This document shows positions 43,755 through 54,052 of a stretch of DNA of 64,000 nucleotides, one piece after another (positions within the stretch are counted from its first letter, which is position 1; every line of letters begins with the position of its first letter). Origin of the DNA: Candidatus Eiseniibacteriota bacterium (GTDB taxonomy: Bacteria > Eisenbacteria > RBG-16-71-46); assembly GCA_963744995.1 (NCBI GenBank), contig CAVUWA010000002.1:736001-800000 (forward strand), written 5' to 3'. Both the position numbers and the translations under genes were made by a program. The notes beneath the pieces were generated by a model, which saw only the letters and a program-made list of their open reading frames with translations, did not search any database and had not been told where the DNA came from.

Positions 43755-46469
43755 ATGCCGCTCGATCCGGGAACACGGCTGGGCCCCTACGAGATCCTCG
43801 CGCCGCTCGGGCAGGGCGGTATGGGCGAGGTCTATCGCGCCCGTGATTCGCGCCTCGGCCGCGAAGTCGCCATCAAGGTGCTGCCGCACCACCTGTCGGC
43901 GAATCCCGAGATCCGCTCGCGCTTCGAGCGCGAGGCGAAGACCATCTCGAGCCTGAATCACCCGAACATCTGCGTGCTGTTCGACGTCGGCCGCGAGGGC
44001 GAGACCGACTATCTGGTGATGGAGCTGGTCGAGGGCGAGACGCTGGCGCAGCGCCTCGCGCACGGCCCGCTGTCGAGCCAGGACGTGCTGCGCATCGGCA
44101 CGCAGATCGCCGACGCGCTCGACCGCGCGCACCGCGCGGGTGTGATCCACCGCGACTTGAAGCCCGGCAACGTGATGCTCACCAAGAGTGGCGCGAAGCT
44201 CATGGACTTCGGCCTCGCGCGCGTGACCGGCCTCGCGCCGGGCGGCGGCTCGGGCGCGTCGGGCGCCGCGCTGTCGCAGTCGCCCACGATCGCGCAGGCG
44301 CTCACCGCCGAGGGCTCGCTGCTCGGCACGTTCCAGTACATGTCGCCCGAGCAGCTCGAGGGCCGCGAGGCCGACGCGCGCAGCGACATCTGGGCGCTGG
44401 GCTGCGTGCTGTACGAGATGGTCACCGGCCGCCGCGCATTCGAGGGCAGGAGTCAGGCGAGTCTGATCGCCGCGATCCTCGAGCGCGAGCCCGCGCCGGT
44501 GGGCGAGGCGCCGTCGGGCTCGGTGAGCACGGCCGGCGCGCCGCCGCACGGCATCGAGCGCCTGATCCGCAACTGCCTCGCCAAGGACCCCGAGGAACGC
44601 GTGCAGACCGCGCACGACGTGAAGCTGCAGCTGCAGGGGATCGCCGAGGGCGCGGGCATGGCGCCGACGAGCACGGCTTCAGTGCCGGGGCCGGGCGCCG
44701 CTGGTATGCCGATGCACCGCCGCGGCGGCTCGAAGCTCGCGTGGAGCATCGCGGCGGTGGGGCTCCTCGCAGCGGCTGGCATGTTCGCGTGGCTGTATCC
44801 GAAAACCACGGGCAGCTCGCAGTCGGTCCGTTTCCGCGTGCAACCGCCACCCGGCACGTCCGACGCCTACTGGCCGCGCATCTCCCCCGATGGGAAGTTC
44901 TTCATGGTGATCGGCGTGGACAGCGCAGGGGCTCCGCGCGCCTACGTGCGTCCGATGAACCAGCTCGATTTCCACGCGATTCCCGGCACCGAGGGCGTGC
45001 GACGGGCCTACTGGTCGCCGGACGGGCGGGAGATCGCGTTCGTCACGGGAGACAAGATCCAGCGCGTATCGATCGCCGGCGGATCGCCCGTCGTGGTCTG
45101 CGCTGCGCCGGGCGGGGCCGATCTGAGCTGGGGATCGAAGGGGCAGATTTTGATGGACGGCCAGGTCACGGACTCGCTGCGCGTCGTTCCCGCAGGCGGC
45201 GGCGAACTGCAGCCGGCTGCGCGCATCGATCGAGCGGCGGGCGATGTGGGCAATGCCTGGCCATGTTTCCTGCCCGACGGCGAGCACTTCCTGTTCACCG
45301 GTAACCGGCAGGGCTCGCTGTCAGGGTCCATTCGCCTCGGCAAGCTGGGATCGCTCGATTCGAAGCTCCTGGGCGAATCTGACGGCCGTGTCGAATACGC
45401 GCCGGGTGGCTGGGTGTTGTTCGTGCGGGGTACGACGCTGCTGGCGCAGAAGCTGGACCTGAAGGCCGGCAGACTCACCGGGCAGCCGATCACGATCAGT
45501 GACGAGCTGCGGGTGGGCTCGTCCCAGGGTCACTTCTCGGTTTCGCAGACGGGTGTGCTGGCGTTCTCCCCCTCGGGCACCGGGCAGAACCACTCCATCC
45601 ACGAGGCCGATCGATCCGGAACGCTCGGTCCGCCCCTGGTGTCGGGATTCGTGGTCAGCCCGCAACTCTCGCCGGACGGCCGGCGGCTGCTGTACGCGCG
45701 TGTCCCCAATTCCGGCTCGGATGGCGGCGAGATCTACGTGTTCGATCTGGAGCGACACACCGACACGCGTCTGACGTTCACGGGGGACAGTGCCGTGTCC
45801 GCGGTGTGGTCGCCCGATGGCCGGCGTTTCGCCTACATCGTTCATGGCGGGGGAGGGCAGACGGTTCGCATCGCCTCGGCGGACGGGCTGGGCGGACAGG
45901 ATTCCATTTCGATCGCCGCACAGGCAAGCGCGTACCCGGCGCAGTGGGTGAAACAAGGATCGCGGCTCGTGTTCTTCGACCTCGCCGGGCACGTCTTTGC
46001 GGTGACCACCGAGCCCGGTTCGCGTGCGCTGCAGGCCGTCGGCGATACGACGCGGCCGATGTTCCTGCCGCGGATCTCGCCCGACGGGCGCTGGCTGGCC
46101 GGCGCCATCGGACGACCCCAGACCGTGCAGATCTACGTGCAGAGCCTCGAGGGGCCGCGCGGGCAGTGGCAGATCTCGACGTCGCCCGCGTTCTGGTCGC
46201 GCTGGACGCGGGGCGGCCACGAGTTGCTGTTCGAGTCCACGGACGATCATCTGATGGCGGCGGACATCGATACACAGAACGGATTCCACGCCGGCACACC
46301 TCGCGAGCTGTTCAAGCTGCCCATGAGCACGTTCGGACCGGGTCAGTGGAGCTGGTCCTGCGACGACAGCGGCGAACGGTTCTTCCTCGTGGCACGGCCG
46401 CCCACCGAGCCCGACGCAGGTGCGATCGAAGTGGTGACCGCCTTCGAGAACCTGGTGAGCCGGAAGTAG
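43755..46469 (+). CDS. Hanks-type Ser/Thr kinase with TM helix and TolB-like (PD40) propellers
   Basis: GQGGMG, VAIK, HRDLKPGN, DFG, YMSPEQ; TM segment; repeated SPDG motifs. Confidence 0.95.
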   Translation: MPLDPGTRLGPYEILAPLGQGGMGEVYRARDSRLGREVAIKVLPHHLSANPEIRSRFEREAKTISSLNHPNICVLFDVGREGETDYLVMELVEGETLAQRLAHGPLSSQDVLRIGTQIADALDRAHRAGVIHRDLKPGNVMLTKSGAKLMDFGLARVTGLAPGGGSGASGAALSQSPTIAQALTAEGSLLGTFQYMSPEQLEGREADARSDIWALGCVLYEMVTGRRAFEGRSQASLIAAILEREPAPVGEAPSGSVSTAGAPPHGIERLIRNCLAKDPEERVQTAHDVKLQLQGIAEGAGMAPTSTASVPGPGAAGMPMHRRGGSKLAWSIAAVGLLAAAGMFAWLYPKTTGSSQSVRFRVQPPPGTSDAYWPRISPDGKFFMVIGVDSAGAPRAYVRPMNQLDFHAIPGTEGVRRAYWSPDGREIAFVTGDKIQRVSIAGGSPVVVCAAPGGADLSWGSKGQILMDGQVTDSLRVVPAGGGELQPAARIDRAAGDVGNAWPCFLPDGEHFLFTGNRQGSLSGSIRLGKLGSLDSKLLGESDGRVEYAPGGWVLFVRGTTLLAQKLDLKAGRLTGQPITISDELRVGSSQGHFSVSQTGVLAFSPSGTGQNHSIHEADRSGTLGPPLVSGFVVSPQLSPDGRRLLYARVPNSGSDGGEIYVFDLERHTDTRLTFTGDSAVSAVWSPDGRRFAYIVHGGGGQTVRIASADGLGGQDSISIAAQASAYPAQWVKQGSRLVFFDLAGHVFAVTTEPGSRALQAVGDTTRPMFLPRISPDGRWLAGAIGRPQTVQIYVQSLEGPRGQWQISTSPAFWSRWTRGGHELLFESTDDHLMAADIDTQNGFHAGTPRELFKLPMSTFGPGQWSWSCDDSGERFFLVARPPTEPDAGAIEVVTAFENLVSRK

Positions 46470-46475
46470 CGCGTG

Positions 46476-48875
46476 ATGCGGCCGGTGCGGACGCTGATCG
46501 CCGTCTTCATCCTGGCCGCCATGGCTGGGCCGGCCGCCGCACGCGACGATCGCCCCAACATCGTCTTCATCTTCTCCGACGACCACGGCGCGCAGGCGAT
46601 CTCGACGTACGGCTCGAAGCTCGTCCAGACGCCTGCCATCGACCGGCTCGCCGCCGAGGGCATGCGTTTCGACGACTGCTTCTGCGGCAACTCGATCTGT
46701 GCGCCGAGCCGGGCGACGATCCTGACGGGCCTCCACTCGCATCGCAGCGGCCACACCAGCAACGACCGTATCTTCGACAACCGCGCCGCCACGTTCCCGG
46801 AGCTACTGCACGACGCCGGCTACCAGACCGCCTTGATCGGCAAGTGGCACCTGGAAGCCGAGCCCGAAGGCTTCGACTTCTGGGACGTGCTGATCAAACA
46901 GGGCGTCTACTACAACCCGGACATGATCCGGAACGGCCAGTTCCACCGCACGCACGGCTACGCGACCGACCTCATTACCGACGAGTCGATCGAGTGGCTC
47001 GAGCACCGCGATCCGGACCGCCCGTTCCTGCTCCTGTCGCAGCACAAGGCGCCGCACCGCTCGTGGGAGCCGCCGCTCCGGAACCTCGACCTGTTCGCGG
47101 ATTCGACCATTCCCGAGCCGCCCACGCTGTTCGACGACTGGTCGCACCGTTCATCCGCACATACGTATGCGCACATGTCGATCGCGCGCGACCTGTGGCC
47201 GGGCGATCTGCACCTGGAAGAGATTCCGGACATGTTCACCCCGGGACAGCGCGCCGCGTGGGACTCGGCGTACACGCCGCGCAACCGGGCGTTCCGCGCG
47301 GCCCACCTCGAGGGCGATGCGCTCACGCGCTGGAAGTACCAGCGCTACGCGAAGGACTACCTGCGCTGCGTCGCGGCGCTCGACGAGGACATCGGCCGGC
47401 TGCTCGCCTACCTCGATGCCACCGGGCTCGCGCGCAACACGATCGTGATCTACAGCTCGGATCAGGGCTGGTTCCTCGGCGAGCACGGCATGTTCGACAA
47501 GCGCTGGATGTACGAGGAGTCGTTCCGGATGCCGTTGATCGTGCGCTGGCCGGGAGTCGTCCGCCCCGGTGCGGTGAACACCGACCTCGTACAGAACATC
47601 GACTTCGCCCCGACGCTGCTCGAGGCGGCGGGCGTCCCCGTGCCGCCGGCGATGCAGGGGGTGAGCCTCGTGCCGCTGCTCGAAGGCCGGCACCCCGCCG
47701 AGTGGCGCACGTCGCTCTACTACCAGTTCTACGAGGACGGCGGCGCGCACCGCGTGCCGCGTCATTGCGGGGTGCGCACCCCGCGCTGGTCCTACCTGGA
47801 CTTCTACCGGATCCACGAGACCGAGCTGTTCGACGTGGACGCGGACCCGCACGAGCTGGTGAGCCTCGCGAACGACCCGGCGCACGCGGCGCTGCGCGAT
47901 TCGCTGGCGGGGGTGATGCGCCGCCTGCAGCTGATCTACGGCGTCACCACCGCCGCCGACACGGAGTACGACGACTTCGATCGCTACCAGCACCGGCGCT
48001 GGGCCCTGATCGACTCGATCGGCCGCATGCCGCCCTTCGGCGAGTTCACCGCGGAGACACTGGCGACGCGCACGCACGCCGATCACGACGAACTCTCGCT
48101 TCGCTACCGGATCGGCGGGCAGACCGTGCCGGCCGTGCTGTTCGTGCCGAAGGGCGGAGCGGGCCTCACGCCGGGCGTCGTGCTGATCCACTCGGGCCGC
48201 GCGGCGGGGCCGTTCAGGCAGGGTCTCGAGAGGGTCGCCGGCGGCGCCCGCGCCGCCGCGCTCGCGCTCTGCCGGCGCGGCTTCGCGGTGATCGCGCCCG
48301 ACCGTTTCGGCTACGGCGGCCGGCGCTTCGCGAGCGACGCCGAGGCCGCCCGCGGATTCGCCGCAGCCGAGCGCACGTATCGCGCCGAGGGCTCGTCGCT
48401 GCTCGCGCACGAGCTCGCCGAGCTGTGGTTCGCGCAGGCCTACCTCGCTCGCCTGAGCGGCGTGGAGTTCCTGCGCGTCGGCGCGATCGGCTTCGGCGAG
48501 GGCGGCGACCTGGCGCTGCTGCTCGCGGCCCTGGATCCCGAGGTGGCGGCGGCGGCCAGCGTCGGCGGGGCGGACTCGTTTGCCGCCGCGGCGTTCCGGC
48601 CCGCATCCGCTCTGGCGCGTCTCGATGAACCGCCCGTGCGCGCGTGGGGCGCGATGGCGGGCGTGATTCCCCTGGTCCAGCCGCGGCCGCTGCTGTGCGT
48701 GGGGGAGGGCCCGCGTCGCCCGGCGATGTTCGAAGAAGGTGAAGGCTGGTACCGGCTGCACGACATGTCCGCACGCCTCGCGTACGAACGTGCCGGCGGA
48801 CCCGGTGCGCCGGAGGCTTCTGCTGGTGCGGCGCGCGCGGCGGCGTGGCTCGACAGGTGGCTGATCGGACCCTGA
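46476..48875 (+). CDS. Cys-type sulfatase fused to a degenerate alpha/beta-hydrolase domain
   Basis: PNIVFIFSDDH, CAPSRATILTG, GKWHL, SDQG..LGEHG..DKR; C-terminal ~280 aa with VIAPDRFGYG and GAIGFGEGG. Confidence 0.88.
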   Translation: MRPVRTLIAVFILAAMAGPAAARDDRPNIVFIFSDDHGAQAISTYGSKLVQTPAIDRLAAEGMRFDDCFCGNSICAPSRATILTGLHSHRSGHTSNDRIFDNRAATFPELLHDAGYQTALIGKWHLEAEPEGFDFWDVLIKQGVYYNPDMIRNGQFHRTHGYATDLITDESIEWLEHRDPDRPFLLLSQHKAPHRSWEPPLRNLDLFADSTIPEPPTLFDDWSHRSSAHTYAHMSIARDLWPGDLHLEEIPDMFTPGQRAAWDSAYTPRNRAFRAAHLEGDALTRWKYQRYAKDYLRCVAALDEDIGRLLAYLDATGLARNTIVIYSSDQGWFLGEHGMFDKRWMYEESFRMPLIVRWPGVVRPGAVNTDLVQNIDFAPTLLEAAGVPVPPAMQGVSLVPLLEGRHPAEWRTSLYYQFYEDGGAHRVPRHCGVRTPRWSYLDFYRIHETELFDVDADPHELVSLANDPAHAALRDSLAGVMRRLQLIYGVTTAADTEYDDFDRYQHRRWALIDSIGRMPPFGEFTAETLATRTHADHDELSLRYRIGGQTVPAVLFVPKGGAGLTPGVVLIHSGRAAGPFRQGLERVAGGARAAALALCRRGFAVIAPDRFGYGGRRFASDAEAARGFAAAERTYRAEGSSLLAHELAELWFAQAYLARLSGVEFLRVGAIGFGEGGDLALLLAALDPEVAAAASVGGADSFAAAAFRPASALARLDEPPVRAWGAMAGVIPLVQPRPLLCVGEGPRRPAMFEEGEGWYRLHDMSARLAYERAGGPGAPEASAGAARAAAWLDRWLIGP

Positions 48876-48960
48876 CCCGCGTCGGTGCCGGCGTGTCACA
48901 CGGCCGGGCGCAGGGCGTATCATGCCGCGTGTCGGGATCGACCCGTGTTCGGAGAACCTC

Positions 48961-49710
48961 ATGCGCGTGATCCGCAAGCACCATGCGCTGGTGCGCTGGA
49001 CGCACTGGGCGAACGTGCCGCTGCTCGCGGGGCTGATCGTGAGCGGCCTCGCGATCTACTGGGCGGCGCCGGTGTTCATGTGGCGCAGCGCTGCCGATCC
49101 GCGCCTGCACGACGTCTTCCAGGATGCGGGTCGCGCCATTTCCGGCGTGCTGCATGCGAGCGGCGATCCGCGCTTCTGGATCTACGACCATCTGAGCCTC
49201 GGCCGCTACCAGCTCGCCAACGCACTCCGACTGCACTGGTTGCTCGCCTACCTGTTCATGCTGAACGGGGCGCTGTACGTGCTGGGGCTCGCGGCCGGTG
49301 GCGGCTGGCGCGCGCTGTGGCCCCGGCGTGCGGACGTGAAGGGCGCGCTCGCGATGATGCGCTTCTACCTCGGCGTGATCCCGATGGCGATCCTGCGCAG
49401 GCCGTGGCCGCATCCGCCCGTCACGTCCAAGTACAACGCGCTTCAGCGCGGCGCCTACTTCGCCGTCCCGCTGGCCGGCGCGCTCGCCGTGCTGTCGGGG
49501 TGGGCCATGCACAAGCCGGTCCAGCTCGGCTGGCTCGAGCGCCTGTTCGTGAACTACGACGGCGCGCGCATCGTGCACTTCCTGTGCATGATCGTGCTCG
49601 GCGGCTTCGTGATCCCGCACGTGATCCTGGTGATCGCCGACGGCTGGGACACGTTCCGCTCGATGGTGACCGGCTGGTCGTTGCGCCTGAAAGAGGAACG
49701 CCATGAGTGA
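48961..49710 (+). CDS. Cytochrome b/b6-domain membrane subunit
   Basis: VRWTHW, SGLAIY, RLHW, KYNALQR, ARIVHF, PHV haem-ligand motifs; SD GGAG before ATG 48961. Confidence 0.9.
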   Translation: MRVIRKHHALVRWTHWANVPLLAGLIVSGLAIYWAAPVFMWRSAADPRLHDVFQDAGRAISGVLHASGDPRFWIYDHLSLGRYQLANALRLHWLLAYLFMLNGALYVLGLAAGGGWRALWPRRADVKGALAMMRFYLGVIPMAILRRPWPHPPVTSKYNALQRGAYFAVPLAGALAVLSGWAMHKPVQLGWLERLFVNYDGARIVHFLCMIVLGGFVIPHVILVIADGWDTFRSMVTGWSLRLKEERHE

Positions 49711-50881
49711 GGACGAACGCCGCGATCGGCCCGAAGACGAAAGCGCGGACGCGGCGCCCCGCGAAGCGGAGGCCCCGGCCGGAACGCCGCATCCGGCCGA
49801 AGGCGGGAGCGCGGAAGGCGACGCTCGATCCGCGGACCCGGAAGACGATGCTCGATCCACCGGCCCGGCCGAGACTCCTCAGGCGCCGCCGTCCCCGCCG
49901 GGTGATTCTGAACCGCCATCAGGCGACGCCGGTTCCGCCACGGGGGGCCACGAAGCCGCCGCGGATGGCGACGAAGCGCCCGCAGACACCACGGCGCCGC
50001 CGCCCGCCCCGCCCGCGCGTCACGCCGCGTGGCACGAAGAGCCCGCGGAAGTGCCGCGGGAGGTCCCCGGGAGCCGCCTGCGCGCGCAGTCGCGCCGCGA
50101 CTTCCTGATCTTCGCCGCCGGGGTCGCCGCGAGCGCGGCGGGCGCGTGGTGGCTGCTGCCCTCGCGCACGAAGCGGAACCTGCTCCCCGGCGCGCACGAC
50201 CGGCTCGACACGCTGGCGGCGCGCCTCGGGCTCACCAACGACCGCGCCGAGGGCGTGCTGGATCGCGCGCTCGACTTCGACGATGACGTCGCCGAAGCGC
50301 TCTATTCGAAGGATCGCCGGGTCCGGACCTACTCCAGATCCGACGCCCGGCCGCTGCGCAACAACTACAACGGCATGACGCCCGGACCCGAATATCTGAA
50401 CGGCTGGAAGCTGGAGGTGGCGGGCCTCGCCTCGGGGCGGATCGAGCGACTGGACGTCGACGCGCTGCTCTCCGCGCTCCAGTTCCGCGATCAGGTGACG
50501 CGGCTCGTGTGCGTCGAAGGCTGGAGCGGGGTGGCATGGTGGGGTGGGGTGCGCTTCGCCGACTTCCTCGACGCGTTCCCGCCCGCACCGGGCGCGCGCT
50601 GGGCTTCGCTCCGCTCGGCCGTCAACCTCGACGGCCGCGGCCGGCCCGATCCGTACTACGTCTCGATCGACCTGGCGACCGCGCGCCATCCGCAGACACT
50701 GCTCGCCACCCACCATGCCGGCCGGCCGCTCACCCTCGCGCACGGCGCGCCGCTGCGGCTGCTGGCGCCGATGAAGCTCGGACTGAAGAACATCAAGGCG
50801 ATCACCTCGATCACCTACTCGGCGTCCGAACCGCGCGACTACTGGAACGAGCGCGGCTACTCGAAATACGACGGCCTGTAG
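49703..50881 (+). CDS. Sulfite-oxidase-family molybdopterin oxidoreductase (MsrP/YedY-like)
   Basis: SRRDFL twin-arginine motif, CVEGWS, HPQTLLA, HGAPLRL, KLGLKNIK, YWNERGY. Confidence 0.9.
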   Translation: MSEDERRDRPEDESADAAPREAEAPAGTPHPAEGGSAEGDARSADPEDDARSTGPAETPQAPPSPPGDSEPPSGDAGSATGGHEAAADGDEAPADTTAPPPAPPARHAAWHEEPAEVPREVPGSRLRAQSRRDFLIFAAGVAASAAGAWWLLPSRTKRNLLPGAHDRLDTLAARLGLTNDRAEGVLDRALDFDDDVAEALYSKDRRVRTYSRSDARPLRNNYNGMTPGPEYLNGWKLEVAGLASGRIERLDVDALLSALQFRDQVTRLVCVEGWSGVAWWGGVRFADFLDAFPPAPGARWASLRSAVNLDGRGRPDPYYVSIDLATARHPQTLLATHHAGRPLTLAHGAPLRLLAPMKLGLKNIKAITSITYSASEPRDYWNERGYSKYDGL

Positions 50882-50960
50882 CCGGGCGACCTTCGCGCCC
50901 TTCGTGCCGCCGCGGGCGCGGCGGGCTCGGATGCACGAAGGCCCCGGCCGGGAGCCGCCG

Positions 50961-52469
50961 CTACCAGTCGGTCACCAGCGTCCGCACCGCATCCTGCCAG
51001 CGCGCGTACTCGGCGTCGCGCCATTTGCGCGTGCGCTTCGGCTTGAACACGCGCTCGATCGCCCGCGCCCGGTCGAGCTCGCGATGCGACGACCAGAACC
51101 CGGTGGCAAGGCCGGCGAGCAGTCCCGCGCCGAGCGCGGTGGTCTCGATCACCCGCGGCCGCTCGACGCGCATGCCGAGTACGTCGGCCTGGTACTGCAT
51201 GAGGAAGTCATTCGCGGCCGCGCCGCCGTCCACGCGCAGCCGCTTCATGCGCGAGCGGATCCGCCGCGTGCCGACGTCGCGCTTCATCGCGGTCACCAGG
51301 TCGCGCGACTGGAACGCGAGGGATTCGAGCGTCGCGCGGACGATCTGCGCGCGCGTCGTCCCGCGCGTGAGCCCGAGCAGCGCGCCGCGCACGTCGGGGC
51401 GCCAGTAGGGCGCGCCGAGCCCGACGAACGCCGGCACCATCACGACGCCGCCGCTGTCGGGCACGGACTTCGCCAACGCCTCGCTCTCGGCGGCGCTGTT
51501 CAGCAGGCCCAGTCCATCGCGCAGCCACTGGATCGCGGCGCCCGCCATGAACACGCTGCCTTCGATCGCGTACGTCGCTTCGCCGCGCGGCCCGCAGGCG
51601 ACGGTGGTCACGAGTCCCGAGCGCGAGTCCACGCGCTCGGCGCCGGTCTGCAGCAGGAAAAAGCAACCGGTGCCGTAGGTGTTCTTCGAATCGCCCGGCG
51701 TCACGCAGCCCTGGCCGAACATCGCAGCCTGCTGGTCGCCCGCGATGCCGGCGATCGGAATCCCGTCCGGCAGGCCGGGCACGCGCCGCGTCCTGCCGAA
51801 GTCGCCGCTCGAGGGCCTCACCTCGGGCAGCATGTCGAACGTGACGCCGAAGCGGTCGAGCAGCACCGGGTCCCACTGCAGGCGGCCGATGTGATAGAGC
51901 ATCGTGCGCGACGCGTTGGTCGGATCGGTGACGTGCAGCGCGCCGCCGGTGAGCTTCCACACCAGCCAGCTGTCCACGGTGCCGAACGCGAGCCGCTTCC
52001 GGCGCCGCAGGCTCTTCGCGCCGGGCACGTGCCGCAGCATCCATTCGACCTTGGTCGCCGAGAAGTACGGGTCGATCACCAGTCCGGTGCGGGCGCGGAT
52101 GCCCGAGGCCTGGCCGGCGCGGCGCAGCGCGCGGCAGCGCTCGGCGGTGCGCCGGTCCTGCCAGACGATCGCCGGCGCCACCGGCCGGCCCGTCGTTCGA
52201 TCCCAGAGCACAGTGGTCTCGCGCTGGTTGGTGATGCCGATCGCGGCGACCCGCGCCGCCGGCGCGCGCGCGCTCCGCAGCCCCCGCCGCACCGCGGCGA
52301 CCACACTCGCCCAGATCGCGGCCGCGTCGTGCTCGACCCATCCGGGCCTGGGGTAGCGCTGCGGCAGCTCGGCGTAGCCGCGCCCGCGCACGCGACCGCC
52401 GCGATCGATCAGCAATGCGGTCGACCCGGTCGTGCCCTGATCGATGGCCAGGACGAGAGTGGGCTTCAT
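50961..52469 (-). CDS. glpK: Glycerol kinase
   Basis: IDQGTT, GITNQRET, WQDRR, DPYFSATK, NASRT, GDQQAA, KNTYGTG, GLGAPYW, VDGG. Confidence 0.97.
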   Translation of the reverse strand: MKPTLVLAIDQGTTGSTALLIDRGGRVRGRGYAELPQRYPRPGWVEHDAAAIWASVVAAVRRGLRSARAPAARVAAIGITNQRETTVLWDRTTGRPVAPAIVWQDRRTAERCRALRRAGQASGIRARTGLVIDPYFSATKVEWMLRHVPGAKSLRRRKRLAFGTVDSWLVWKLTGGALHVTDPTNASRTMLYHIGRLQWDPVLLDRFGVTFDMLPEVRPSSGDFGRTRRVPGLPDGIPIAGIAGDQQAAMFGQGCVTPGDSKNTYGTGCFFLLQTGAERVDSRSGLVTTVACGPRGEATYAIEGSVFMAGAAIQWLRDGLGLLNSAAESEALAKSVPDSGGVVMVPAFVGLGAPYWRPDVRGALLGLTRGTTRAQIVRATLESLAFQSRDLVTAMKRDVGTRRIRSRMKRLRVDGGAAANDFLMQYQADVLGMRVERPRVIETTALGAGLLAGLATGFWSSHRELDRARAIERVFKPKRTRKWRDAEYARWQDAVRTLVTDW

Positions 52470-53914
52470 GACACCTCCCGCGAACGGTTGAGAACGCGCT
52501 CCTCTTCGTAGAGCAGCGCTTCGTACGCCTGCACCTCGCGCTTCACGCGCTCCGCGCTCCAGCCTAGCTGGCGCGCCATCACCTCGGCGGTCACCGATGC
52601 CGCGGCGCGGCCGCGGTCCGGATCCAGCCACCACGCCGTGCGGCGCCGCACCACGTCCTCGATGCGGCGGGCAAACGATACATCCATCGCGTGGCGGACG
52701 ATCGCCTCGCGATCACTGCCGGCGGCAGGCTCGGGCGGCAGCGGATCTTCGGTGTCGTTCGGTTTCGTGCCCGGACGGCCCAGCCGCAGGAACACCTGCG
52801 CGAGCGTGTCATGCGCCATCACGCGGAACGTCGTGTACTTGCCTCCCGCGATGGTGATCACGCCGTCCTCGTCGCGCACCACGTGCTCGCGCGAAGCGCG
52901 GCCGACCTGCTCGGACGAGGCGATCAGGGGCCGCACGCCGGAGAGCACCGCATGCGGCGCCGTGCCCGCGAGTCCCGGCAGGGCACGGGCGAGCGATTCG
53001 CGCAGGTAGCGGATTTCTTCGGCCGTCGGCAGCGCGGCGTCAGGGGAGATCGGCGAAGGGACTTCGATCTCGGTGGTACCGACCAGCGAGTGACCCTCGA
53101 ACGGCACGACGAAGAACACGCGGCCGTCGGCGGGCGAGGTGAGCAGCAGGCCGCGGCCGCGCGTGAGCTCCGGATAGACGAGGTGGACGCCCCGCGAAGG
53201 CCTGAGCATCGGTGCGGGGTCCGGCGCGCCGGGCTTCAGGGCGTTGGTGAGGCGCGTGCGCGTGGCGTCGGTCCACGGCCCGGTGGCGTTCACGACGACG
53301 GTCGCGGAGAAAGTCCGCTCGCCGCCGTCGAGCGCGTCGCGCGCGATGACCTCGAAGCCCCCGGCCGCGCCCGGGCGCGCGCCGATCACTTCGGTCCACG
53401 GGTGGATCGACGCGCCGTGCATCGCCGCGTCGCGGGCGACCGCGATGCCGATGCGGGCGTCGTCCATGACCGCGTCCGAGTAGAGACCGGCGCCGCGCAG
53501 TCCGTCCCGCGCCAGCTCGGGTTCGAGCGAAAGCGCGTCCCTGCGGGCCACGAAGGCGTGCGGTGCAAACCCGCTGCCGCCGGCGAGCCAGTCGTAGAGC
53601 TGCAGTCCGGCCCGCAGCCGCCAGCGGCCGAAGCGGCCGCCGCGGTAGATCGGCACCATGAAACGCCTGGGCTTCGCCAGGTGCGGCGCCATGTGCGAGA
53701 CCGCGGCGCGCTCTTCGAGCGCTTCGCGTACCAGAGCGAACCGCCCGTGCTCGAGATAGCGCAGCCCCCCGTGCAGCATGTGGCTCGACACGCTGCTCGC
53801 GCCGCTCATCAGGTCGGCGCGCTCGAGCAATGCGACCGTGAGGCCGTTGCGGGCGGCGAGACGCGCGATGCCGGCGCCGGTAATGCCGCCACCGATGACG
53901 ATCAGGTCGAGCAT
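52466..53914 (-). CDS. glpD: FAD-dependent glycerol-3-phosphate dehydrogenase
   Basis: GGGITG, HGGLRYL, DDAR, NATGPW, GVH, VGTT, GVRPL, GGKYTT; coupled to glpK. Confidence 0.93.
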   Translation of the reverse strand: MLDLIVIGGGITGAGIARLAARNGLTVALLERADLMSGASSVSSHMLHGGLRYLEHGRFALVREALEERAAVSHMAPHLAKPRRFMVPIYRGGRFGRWRLRAGLQLYDWLAGGSGFAPHAFVARRDALSLEPELARDGLRGAGLYSDAVMDDARIGIAVARDAAMHGASIHPWTEVIGARPGAAGGFEVIARDALDGGERTFSATVVVNATGPWTDATRTRLTNALKPGAPDPAPMLRPSRGVHLVYPELTRGRGLLLTSPADGRVFFVVPFEGHSLVGTTEIEVPSPISPDAALPTAEEIRYLRESLARALPGLAGTAPHAVLSGVRPLIASSEQVGRASREHVVRDEDGVITIAGGKYTTFRVMAHDTLAQVFLRLGRPGTKPNDTEDPLPPEPAAGSDREAIVRHAMDVSFARRIEDVVRRRTAWWLDPDRGRAAASVTAEVMARQLGWSAERVKREVQAYEALLYEEERVLNRSREVS

Positions 53915-54052
53915 GCGGCGGAAGATAGCATTGGAGCCGGTCTTGACCCGCCCGAAGGCCGCGACTAGCCTCCTTTCATCCTATCCGGGAGGCAGGCCCT
54001 CGGCTGGCGCCCGTCAGGAGGCCGTTCCCCCGGGATCCCAGGGGGCGCTCGC

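Noticed and set aside
12872..44615. Very long antisense or alternate-frame ORFs (e.g. 12872-15673, 21489-25091, 41313-44615)
   Set aside because: Arg/Ala/Gly-rich shadows of real genes, expected from high GC3 codon bias; no motifs.
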